This document shows positions 20,508 to 27,464 of a stretch of DNA of 64,000 bases, in pieces. The position numbers and the translations under genes are program-made. Below the pieces are notes generated by a model. It had not been told where the DNA came from, searched no databases, and was given only the letters and a program-made list of their open reading frames with translations. Source of the DNA: an uncultured Clostridia bacterium (GTDB lineage: Bacteria > Bacillota > Clostridia > Christensenellales > DTU072); the NCBI GenBank assembly GCA_944362765.1, contig CALVTP010000006.1, positions 3,508 to 67,507 on the forward strand. Reading direction: 5' to 3'. Each line of letters begins with the position of its first letter. Within the stretch, counting starts at the first letter, position 1.

Positions 20508-21415
20508 AGCTTATTTTCCTCGGTACGGGCGACTTTTCGCAGAGGGTGTTCGAAGCGGTATTGAACTCCCGTCATACGGTGGCGGCGGTTGTCTGTCAGC
20601 CCGACAAAGTCAACGCCAGGAACAAAAAAATAGTCCCCTCACCCCTTTCGGTGCGCGCCGAAAGAGAGGGTATACCCGTATATAAGTTTCCGAAAATCGC
20701 GGATGCGACGGAGTGCCTTCAAAAGTTTTCCGCCGATATCATGCTGACGGCGTCTTACGGGCAGATGCTCACCGAAGAGGTTTTGAAACTCACACCGCAC
20801 GGCGTCATCAACACACACGCTTCACTACTTCCGAAGTACCGCGGAGCCTCGCCTATACAGTCGGCGATCGAGGCGGGAGAGAGTCGCTCCGGAGTCACCA
20901 TAATGCGCACGGTATTGAAAATGGACGCGGGTGACATCATCCTCCAAAAGGAAGCCGATATCGCGGGGCTGAACTCGGAGGAGTGCTTTTTGCTGATGGC
21001 AAAGCTTGCGGGCGCTGCCGCAGTCGAAGCGCTGGATCTCATCGAAGAGGGGAAGGCAACCTTCACTCCGCAGGACGAAAAGAAGGCAAGCTATTGCAAA
21101 AAGCTTAAAAAGTCGGACGGACTCATCGACTTCAACGAGAGCGCGGAGCGCATTTTAAATAAGGTTCGCGCCTATTACGGTTTTCCGGGCAGTTACTTTT
21201 TCTATCAGGGAAAATCGATTAAAATTTTGAAGGCGGATTACTCCGATATGTCCGGAGCTCCCGGCGAAATACTCCTTTCCGACCCCAAAAAAGGGTTGGT
21301 CATTGCGGCGGGCTCGGGCGCTGTTTCGGTAACGGAAATTCAGCCCGAAGGCGGCAAAGCAATGGATGTTTCGGCATTCCTTCGCGGTCACAGATTGATT
21401 GGTAAAACAGACTGA
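20504..21415 (+). CDS. fmt: Methionyl-tRNA formyltransferase
   Basis: HASLLPKYRGASPIQ motif. ATGA overlap with def. Confidence 0.94.
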   Translation: MKLIFLGTGDFSQRVFEAVLNSRHTVAAVVCQPDKVNARNKKIVPSPLSVRAEREGIPVYKFPKIADATECLQKFSADIMLTASYGQMLTEEVLKLTPHGVINTHASLLPKYRGASPIQSAIEAGESRSGVTIMRTVLKMDAGDIILQKEADIAGLNSEECFLLMAKLAGAAAVEALDLIEEGKATFTPQDEKKASYCKKLKKSDGLIDFNESAERILNKVRAYYGFPGSYFFYQGKSIKILKADYSDMSGAPGEILLSDPKKGLVIAAGSGAVSVTEIQPEGGKAMDVSAFLRGHRLIGKTD

Positions 21416-22617
21416 TGCAGGAAACCTTTGCCGAAATCTACGAAGCCGTCGACCAAGTGATCCGCAGGGGCGGTTACCTTAACATCGTGCTTTCCGCGGA
21501 GTTTAAGCACCGCGCCGAGGTTCATTTTGTCGTAAAAGGCACCGTCGAACATTACTTTGAATTGAAATTTTTAATCGAAGCGCTGGCTCCGAAAAAAGTA
21601 AAACCCGCGTTGGTATCTTTGCTGCTCCCGGCGCTTTTCATGTTGAAATATTCCGATATTCCGCGCTTTGCCGTCACGAGCGGCGCGGTGGAGTTTGCGG
21701 GGAAAAGGTTCGGCGCGGGAGTAAAAGGCTTTGTCAACGCCGTCCTGAAAAATGTCGATAAAATTCCGCCGCTCACCGGTAAAAAAGAGCTCGAAGCGCG
21801 CCTGAACGCCCCTTATTTTTTAGTCGAAGCATTGGAAAAGGACGGTTTCGACGCCGAAAAGATTCTTCGCCCCGAAAAGTCCCGTCTCGTACATTTCAGG
21901 CTCGGGAAAAAAGGCTCACCCAAAGATCTGGAAGGGCTCGGTGCTCTTGAAAGCTCCGAAGCGGGAGGTTGGTTTTCCGAACCCGACAAAAGGTTATCCG
22001 CATTGAACTCAGAGGGAAAGATAAGCTTCATTTCCCCCTCGTCGATGGAATGCGTCAACGCCTTCGGCAACATCGCGGGAAAGAGCTTTTTGGACGTCGC
22101 AGCCGCCCCCGGCGGGAAGTCGGTGTACGCTTCGGACAAAGGAGCGGCTGTCACCGCGGGCGACATCCATCCGCACAGAGTCGAGCTTATAAAATCTTAT
22201 GCCCGGAGGACGGGCGCAATAATAAACGCCTTAACAAACGACGCCACGATATTCAGAAGCGATTGGGAAGGCGCCTTCGATTGCGTTCTGGTGGACGCGC
22301 CGTGTATGGGGCTCGGGGTAGTCGGAGCCCGACCCGATGTCACATTAAACAGAAGTCCGTCGGATATCGAAACCATTTCAAGGCTTCAAAAAGGCATTCT
22401 TTCGGTATCTTCAAGATACGTAAAGCCGGGAGGAAAGCTCGTCTATTCGACCTGCTCCCTTTTGAAAGCCGAAAGTAGCGCCATCATTTCAGACTTTGTA
22501 CAAAATAATGACGAATTCCGTATCTTAAACTACAAAAATAATTGTGAATTCGGAAGATACATCATGCCTGACGACAGGTGGGACGGTTTTTTCGTCTCGG
22601 TAACGGAGAGGAGATGA
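21415..22617 (+). CDS. rsmB: 16S rRNA (cytosine967-C5)-methyltransferase RsmB/Sun family
   Basis: LDVAAAPGGKS SAM motif and the DAPCMGLG and YSTCSL catalytic Cys motifs. Confidence 0.88.
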   Translation: MQETFAEIYEAVDQVIRRGGYLNIVLSAEFKHRAEVHFVVKGTVEHYFELKFLIEALAPKKVKPALVSLLLPALFMLKYSDIPRFAVTSGAVEFAGKRFGAGVKGFVNAVLKNVDKIPPLTGKKELEARLNAPYFLVEALEKDGFDAEKILRPEKSRLVHFRLGKKGSPKDLEGLGALESSEAGGWFSEPDKRLSALNSEGKISFISPSSMECVNAFGNIAGKSFLDVAAAPGGKSVYASDKGAAVTAGDIHPHRVELIKSYARRTGAIINALTNDATIFRSDWEGAFDCVLVDAPCMGLGVVGARPDVTLNRSPSDIETISRLQKGILSVSSRYVKPGGKLVYSTCSLLKAESSAIISDFVQNNDEFRILNYKNNCEFGRYIMPDDRWDGFFVSVTERR

Positions 22618-23663
22618 AACTACTTCACGATCTCGATTTCAATGAATTGACAAATGCTGTTACGGAAGAGGGATTTCCACGATATCGCGCCGAACAGTTA
22701 AACGATATGCGGCTGAGGTATCGCGACTACAGTGAGACAAATAATCTTCCGAAAGCGGTAAAGGAGTATTTTTCGGAGCATTTCAGGTCAAGATCCGTCG
22801 AAATAATTGAAACGGTCAAAGGGAAGGACGCCGAAAAATATCTGTTTTTATTGGAAGACGGGAACATTGTCGAAGGGGTGTTCATGCCGCATGATTACGG
22901 CAACTCCCTTTGTATTTCGACGCAGGTCGGCTGTCGCATGGGCTGCGTCTTTTGCGCAAGCGGTTTAAACGGACTTATAAGGAATCTGACTTCCGGCGAG
23001 ATGCTCGGAGAGGTATTGGCGGTCAACGCGCTCCACGGCGGCACTCCTGCGGAAAGGGCGGTGAACAACATCGTGCTGATGGGTTCGGGTGAGCCGCTGG
23101 ACAACTACGACAACGTCGTAAAGTTTTTAAAAATGCTGATTGATCCGAGAGGGCTTAACTTCGGGGCGAGGAGTATCGCGCTGTCGACTTCGGGGCTGAC
23201 GGAGAAAATAAAGCGGCTTGCCGACGAAAAGTTGGGCGTCGTGTTATCCGTTTCACTGCATGCGGCAAGCGACGAAAAGCGTTCGGCGTTGATGCCCGTC
23301 AACCGCTCCAACCCCGTTTCGGAATTGATCTCATCCGCCGACTATTACTTTAAAAAGACGGGACGGCGGGTCATTTTCGAGTATGCGCTGACGGAATCCA
23401 ACTCCGACGACGCTTCCGTTGCCGAGCTTATAAAGCTTTTGAAGGGGCGGTGTGCGCACGTCAATCTCATCAATCTTAACTATGTAAAGGAGCGCGGGCT
23501 TAAAGGTCTCGGGCGGAGGCGAATAGAGGAAATTATCAAAAGATTGAATGAAGCGGGGGTGTCGGCAACCCTCAGAAGGAGTATGGGAAACGACATCGAA
23601 GGCGCCTGCGGACAGCTGAGAAATAAATATCTTTCGGAAAAATCGGAGGAAAACCGGCAATAA
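22614..23663 (+). CDS. rlmN: 23S rRNA/tRNA (adenine-C2)-methyltransferase, radical SAM
   Basis: GCRMGCVFCASG radical-SAM cluster and a C-terminal ...ACGQL. Start at ATG 22614 (ATGA overlap with rsmB) after GGAGAGGAG. Confidence 0.92.
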   Translation: MKLLHDLDFNELTNAVTEEGFPRYRAEQLNDMRLRYRDYSETNNLPKAVKEYFSEHFRSRSVEIIETVKGKDAEKYLFLLEDGNIVEGVFMPHDYGNSLCISTQVGCRMGCVFCASGLNGLIRNLTSGEMLGEVLAVNALHGGTPAERAVNNIVLMGSGEPLDNYDNVVKFLKMLIDPRGLNFGARSIALSTSGLTEKIKRLADEKLGVVLSVSLHAASDEKRSALMPVNRSNPVSELISSADYYFKKTGRRVIFEYALTESNSDDASVAELIKLLKGRCAHVNLINLNYVKERGLKGLGRRRIEEIIKRLNEAGVSATLRRSMGNDIEGACGQLRNKYLSEKSEENRQ

Positions 23664-23679
23664 AGTCGGCAAAAATAAG

Positions 23680-24543
23680 ATGAAAGCGGAAGGCATCGTC
23701 ACCAAGATATTATCAAACAAATACACCGTTTCGGCGGACGGCGAGTATGTCGAGGCGTCGGCGAGAGGGCGTTTAAAGCTCAATCCGCGTTCGGTGACGG
23801 TAGGCGACAGGGTGGAATTGATAAGCGAGAGCGGAGCTTTTGTCATCAACAAAGTGTTGCCAAGGAAGAACGAACTCCAACGCCCGTTTGTGGCAAACGT
23901 CGACTCGGCATTGATCGTCATTGCGAAGGAGCCGAAGCCCGACCTGGTGCTGGTCGATAAAATAATATTGAATTGTTTTAAAGAGGGCGTAAAACCGGTG
24001 CTGGTTTACAATAAGTGCGAGCTTCAGGAGAAGGGAGAGCTCGAAAACTTTAAAAGAGCCTACTCTTTTCTTCCTTTTATCGCCGTTTCCGCCAAGGAAA
24101 GGCTGGGATTAAAGGAACTGGAAGGCGAAGTCGCCGGCAAAACCGTCTGTCTTGCGGGACAGTCCGCCGTCGGGAAGACGTCGCTGCTGAACGCCGTTTT
24201 GTCTCTCGACCTTAAAACCGACGGACTTTCCAAAAAAATCAAGCGCGGCAAAAACACCACCCGCCACGTCGAAATTTATCCGGCGCTCGGCGGCAACGTA
24301 ATGGATACGTGCGGATTCAGTATGTTGACTCTTGTCAATATGCCTTCCGATGAGTTAAAATATTATTACGAGGACTTTCTGCAATTTGCCGACAATTGTA
24401 AATACACCGGTTGCAGGCATATTTCGGAACCCGGCTGCGGCGTAAAAGACGCAGTCCGAAAGGGGATTCTCGACCCGGGGCGTTACGAGCGCTATTTACA
24501 GATCTACAACGAGGTTGCCGACCTCGAAAAACACCGCTACTAG
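23680..24543 (+). CDS. rsgA: Ribosome small subunit-dependent GTPase A
   Basis: Circularly permuted GTPase (NKCEL ... GQSAVGKTSLLN) and a zinc finger CKYTGCRHISEPGC. Confidence 0.92.
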   Translation: MKAEGIVTKILSNKYTVSADGEYVEASARGRLKLNPRSVTVGDRVELISESGAFVINKVLPRKNELQRPFVANVDSALIVIAKEPKPDLVLVDKIILNCFKEGVKPVLVYNKCELQEKGELENFKRAYSFLPFIAVSAKERLGLKELEGEVAGKTVCLAGQSAVGKTSLLNAVLSLDLKTDGLSKKIKRGKNTTRHVEIYPALGGNVMDTCGFSMLTLVNMPSDELKYYYEDFLQFADNCKYTGCRHISEPGCGVKDAVRKGILDPGRYERYLQIYNEVADLEKHRY

Positions 24544-24592
24544 CTTCGCTACCCGGTAAACCGGCACGCGAAGCCGAAAAAAGGAGCCGACC

Positions 24593-25243
24593 ATGAAAAA
24601 AACTTTGGTTTCACCCTCGATACTCTCCGCCGACTTTGTCAACATGGAGCGCGACGTAAAAAAACTTGCCGAATGGGGAGCCGACTACGTCCATTGCGAC
24701 GTCATGGACGGAGTTTACGTCAAGAACATCACTTTCGGCATGCCGATGATAGCGGCGATCAAAAAAATTTCACCCCTTCCGTTGGACGTCCATCTGATGA
24801 TCACCGAGCCCGAGCGCTACGTAGAAGCCTTCGCGGACGCCGGAGCCGATATCATTACATTCCACCCCGACGCCTCCCGCGACCCGTCAAAAACCCTCGA
24901 CCTTATCAAAGGGAAGGGCGTCAAGTGCGGCATAGTCATCAATCCCGATGTTCGGCTCGACGACTATATCGGGCTGCTCCGAAAGTGCGACGTGCTGCTC
25001 GTGATGAGCGTTTATGCGGGGCTCGGCGGTCAAAAATTCATACCGGAAACTCTTGAAACCGTCAAAAAAGGCAGGGAATATATCGACGCCAACAGCCTTT
25101 CCGTGATAGTGGAAATCGATGGCGGAGTAGGCGCATCGAATGCCGCGCTTTGCAAGGAGGCAGGAGTTGATATGATAGTGGCGGGCTCCGCCGTATACAA
25201 AGCCGACGACCCCGAAGAAGTCATCCGCATTCTGAGGTCCTGA
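24593..25243 (+). CDS. rpe: Ribulose-phosphate 3-epimerase
   Basis: PSILSADF..., HCDVMDG and HLM blocks. 216 aa. Confidence 0.94.
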   Translation: MKKTLVSPSILSADFVNMERDVKKLAEWGADYVHCDVMDGVYVKNITFGMPMIAAIKKISPLPLDVHLMITEPERYVEAFADAGADIITFHPDASRDPSKTLDLIKGKGVKCGIVINPDVRLDDYIGLLRKCDVLLVMSVYAGLGGQKFIPETLETVKKGREYIDANSLSVIVEIDGGVGASNAALCKEAGVDMIVAGSAVYKADDPEEVIRILRS

Positions 25244-25271
25244 CCGTTTTCCCGTTAATTCCGACTTTCTG

Positions 25272-25350
25272 CAAATGAAGAAAAGTCCGCACGGGCAGCG
25301 AACTTTTCCATAAGGTTTTGTCTTCGCGAGCAATAAAAGTTCTCTGATTT
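25272..25350 (-). ncRNA. Diverged copy (M0) of the repeated RNA module; its hairpin probably also terminates rpe
   Basis: Aligns to the module core (..ATTGCTCGCGAAGACAAAACCTTATGGAAAAG on the minus strand). Its hairpin AAAAGTTCGC/GCGGACTTTT (25281-25307) has a different sequence from the other copies but still pairs. No clear promoter of its own. Confidence 0.3.
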
Positions 25351-25474
25351 TATTCTTAGACATACAATCAAGGGAGCCCTTGTGGGAAACTTGTTTCTTT
25401 CGCCCGAAAGCGCCGTGAAATATGCCCCTAGACGCGGATAAATAATTTTCTTCCCGCATCAATCCCTCCTTATG

Positions 25475-25578
25475 AAAAAAGCCTGTACGTGCGTACAAGC
25501 TTTTCCATAAGGTTTAATTTTCGCGAGCAATTAAAGTACTCTTACTTTATTTTTGCGGGAAGGGCTACAACCGACCAA
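25475..25578 (-). ncRNA. Candidate sRNA module M1 (about 100 nt)
   Basis: The promoter-like boxes at 25585-25613 predict a start near 25578. Contents: C-rich GCCCUUCCCGC, hairpin UUAAUU-GCUCGCGAA-AAUUAA (25514-25534), and a terminator hairpin (within 25468-25512) followed by U6 (25475-25480). Confidence 0.4.
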
Positions 25579-25584
25579 ACTCTC

Positions 25585-25613
25585 ACTGTACGATGAAGCC
25601 GTCGAGATGTAGA
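25585..25613 (-). promoter_or_regulatory. Promoter-like element of M1
   Basis: On the minus strand, TCTACA (25613-25608)-17 nt-TACAGT (25590-25585). Both hexamers and the spacing are conserved in copy 2 although the spacer sequence differs. Confidence 0.4.
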
Positions 25614-25771
25614 TTACCGTGTAAAGAACGAGATACGGAGCGGATTGAGGCGAAAAAAGAGATGTAGTTGGTTTAAATGCACATACCGGTGAAGCCTGCT
25701 TTACCGTTTATTATAGCAAATTTAATATACTCATAGTACCCGGCTATATTTCAATAATACCGCTTCGAAGA

Positions 25772-25868
25772 AATTTCTATCGCCCTAGAAATTATCTTTT
25801 GTGGCGGAGTATAGAAATATCGTTCGCGGCATACGTCGTATGCCGCTCTCTCATTTCGTCACTCCGCC
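25772..25868. other. Two strong hairpins/palindromes in the unique spacer
   Basis: AATTTCTA-TCGCCC-TAGAAATT (25772-25793). Also a nested 66-nt palindrome at 25803-25868: GGCGGAGT/ACTCCGCC outside, GAAAT/ATTTC in the middle, GCGGCATACG-T-CGTATGCCGC at the centre. Confidence 0.6.
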
Positions 25869-26033
25869 GCAAAATCTATCTTTCTAAGACGATATCTCTT
25901 CCTTCTCTTCGGTATTATAAGAGTTGGCTCCAAAACGGACAGTCGCTTCGCTCCTGTCCTGTCCGAAAGCGCCGTGAAATATGCCCCAATACGCGGATAA
26001 ATAATTTTCTTCGCGCATCAATCCCTCCTTATG

Positions 26034-26136
26034 AAAAAAGCCTGTACGTGCGTACAAGCTTTTCCATAAGGTTTAATTTTCGCGAGCAATTAAAGTTCCC
26101 TTACTTTATTTTTGCGGGAAGGGCTACAACCGATAC
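26034..26136 (-). ncRNA. Candidate sRNA module M2 (about 100 nt)
   Basis: Same architecture as M1. Terminator hairpin lies within 26027-26071 with U6 at 26034-26039. Promoter-like boxes at 26143-26171. Confidence 0.4.
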
Positions 26137-26142
26137 TCCCTT

Positions 26143-26171
26143 ACTATAAAATAACGCTGTCTAGATGTAGA
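26143..26171 (-). promoter_or_regulatory. Promoter-like element of M2
   Basis: On the minus strand, TCTACA (26171-26166)-17 nt-TATAGT (26148-26143). Confidence 0.4.
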
Positions 26172-26430
26172 CGAGCGTGTAAAGTACGGGATACGGAGCG
26201 GATTGGGGCGAAGGTGAAAATGGAAAGCTGTTTGGGCAAATAGAAGCTAGGAGCACCGGTGTCGGGGGTGATTTTTCGCGAAGCGTCGAAGGGAGTGTAC
26301 ATGGGGGTACATGACCGAAGACGCCCAAAGGGTGTAGACCTTTAAATCCTATACACTTCGCGGAAAGGCACCCCCGAGAGCGCCCCTAGACGCGGGTATA
26401 ATTTTCTTCCCGCATCAATAGCTCCTTATG

Positions 26431-26522
26431 AAAAAAGCCTGTACGTGCGTACAAGCTTTTCCATAAGGTTTAATTTTCGCGAGCAATTAAAGTATTCTTA
26501 CTTTATTCTTGCGGGAAGAAAA
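26431..26522 (-). ncRNA. rpmB 3' UTR carrying module copy M3 and the rpmB intrinsic terminator
   Basis: Directly after the rpmB stop: CUUCCCGCAAGAAUAAAGUAAG, the UUAAUU...AAUUAA hairpin, then the AAAAGCUUGUAC-GCAC-GUACAGGCUUUU hairpin plus U6 (ending at 26431). Confidence 0.6.
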
Positions 26523-26711
26523 TTATTTGGATTTTTTCATGGTGCGTAAGCATCTGGTGCATACATAGCCTTTTACGGGGTTGCCGTTGGCGTCGACGGT
26601 GTCGACCTTCTGGACGTTCGGCGTCCACGACCTTCTCGTTTTGATATGGCTATGACTTATAGTATTTCCGGACATTGTGCCTTTTCCGCATATTACACAT
26701 ACTTTAGACAT
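26523..26711 (-). CDS. rpmB: 50S ribosomal protein L28
   Basis: 62 aa: MSKVCVICGKGTMSGNTISHSHIKTRRSWTPNVQ... GGGAGG RBS. Confidence 0.95.
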   Translation of the reverse strand: MSKVCVICGKGTMSGNTISHSHIKTRRSWTPNVQKVDTVDANGNPVKGYVCTRCLRTMKKSK

Positions 26712-26745
26712 GTTGACCTCCCGATATTTTTATCCGTGCTAAGCT

Positions 26746-26774
26746 ATTATATATGATGCGGCGGAGTTTGTCAA
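26746..26774 (-). promoter_or_regulatory. Consensus sigma-A promoter of rpmB
   Basis: On the minus strand, TTGACA (26774-26769)-17 nt-TATAAT (26751-26746), about 35 nt upstream of the start codon. Confidence 0.8.
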
Positions 26775-27000
26775 AGAAAAAATCAAAACTGACGGAAAAA
26801 TTATTGTTTATTCGTTTTTTTATCGGCACTTCTTCGTTATGCACGGATCAGCCGCTTTTCTTCGGCGGTACATTGTCGTTTTCCTGATGAGAAGGTTATT
26901 TAAATTTAACGTCAGGCTTTGATTTTAGCTTAAAAAGTGTCCGAATCGGGCATTAAAATTGCGTAGGGGGTGAACGGTGTGAAAATAGGGGTAAAATTAC

Positions 27001-27029
27001 TTGCATAAATTCTGAAATTAATTTATTAT
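27001..27029 (+). promoter_or_regulatory. Candidate sigma-A promoter of the asp23-yloV-recG operon
   Basis: TTGCAT (27001-27006)-17 nt-TATTAT (27024-27029). Confidence 0.55.
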
Positions 27030-27073
27030 ATTAAATAATAATATGCGCGCGAGAATAAATTCGTGCGAAAGAC

Positions 27074-27433
27074 GTGGATAATATGGCGCTTACAACCACT
27101 AACGTATACGGAAATATAAATATAAGCGACGAAGCCGTAGCCGTCATTGTCAGCAGGGTTACGCTCGATTGCTACGGGGTTGTAGAGCTGCAAAGTCGCA
27201 GATTGAGCGACAGTATATTGACTCTTTTTAACAAAGTTCCCAAAAGTAAAGGCGTAAAAATCGTGACGATGGACAATCGTATTTTTGTGGAACTGTATGT
27301 GATATTAAAGGACGGCGTCAATCGCGACGCTGTCAAAGATTCGCTTTCCGCAAGCGTCGAATACAACGTCGAACACCTGACGGGAATGCGCGTTAAAAAA
27401 GTAGATATCCACGTCGTAGGGGTAAAATTGTAG
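27074..27433 (+). CDS. Asp23/Gls24-family envelope stress protein (YloU-like)
   Basis: The pattern ...ISDEAVAVIVSRVTLDCYGVV... is typical of Asp23/DUF322, and a DAK2 gene follows. The start is uncertain (GTG 27074 or ATG 27083). Confidence 0.85.
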   Translation: MDNMALTTTNVYGNINISDEAVAVIVSRVTLDCYGVVELQSRRLSDSILTLFNKVPKSKGVKIVTMDNRIFVELYVILKDGVNRDAVKDSLSASVEYNVEHLTGMRVKKVDIHVVGVKL

Positions 27434-27464
27434 AAACGACGAGGCGTAATGCCTAAGGATATAA

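Larger units (their letters stand above)
25404..25654 (-). repeat. Repeat unit 1 of the rpe-rpmB array (about 250 nt)
   Basis: Hand-aligned to 25963-26212. The 171-nt cores (25404-25574 and 25963-26133) differ at about 5 positions. A 30-nt diverged patch follows, then a second conserved block. Confidence 0.9.
25963..26212 (-). repeat. Repeat unit 2 of the rpe-rpmB array
   Basis: See unit 1. Same internal order and same spacing of sub-blocks. Confidence 0.9.

Noticed and set aside
25382-25441. 19-aa plus-strand ORF (GTG..MGNLFLSPESAVKYAPRRG) behind AAGGGAG.
   Set aside because: The equivalent frame in copy 2 has no start codon, so it is not conserved.
25404-25467. Small ORFs behind the strong SD after each module terminator. 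Minus strand: AAGGAGGGATTGATG..., encoding MREENYLSA..GIFHGAFG.
   Set aside because: Copy 1 has no stop until deep inside antisense rpe. Copy 2 gives 44 aa. Copy 3 stops after 9 codons because of an indel. The reading frame is not preserved among paralogs, so the conservation is at the nucleotide level.
24887-25498. 203-aa minus-strand ORF running from the array into antisense rpe.
   Set aside because: It is a chimera of noncoding repeat sequence and the rpe shadow frame, with no recognisable domain.
25803-25868. tRNA-like element (7-8 bp terminal stem, about 66 nt).
   Set aside because: No D-arm or T-arm can be drawn, there is no GTTCRANYC T-loop, and the centre is a perfect palindrome rather than an anticodon arm.
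25799-26149. 116-aa plus-strand ORF inside the array.
   Set aside because: It spans unique spacer plus repeat, including the terminator hairpin. It has no RBS and a non-protein-like composition.
26264-26375. Long-range pairing GGGGGTG (26264-26270) / CACCCCC (26369-26375) and the small palindromes in spacer 2 of the array.
   Set aside because: A single 7-bp helix with no paralog or covariation support. Not enough to propose a structure.
25244-26526. CRISPR array as an explanation for the repeat-spacer layout.
   Set aside because: The repeats are about 130-250 nt, not 25-40 nt. The spacers are 240-310 nt and of unequal length. There are no cas genes, and the repeats contain terminators and promoters.
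26712-27073. Search for a SpoVM-like micro-ORF between rpmB and asp23 (its position in B. subtilis), including the 44-aa ORF at 26753.
   Set aside because: No ORF resembles the amphipathic SpoVM peptide. The 44-aa ORF lacks an RBS and overlaps the rpmB promoter in antisense.
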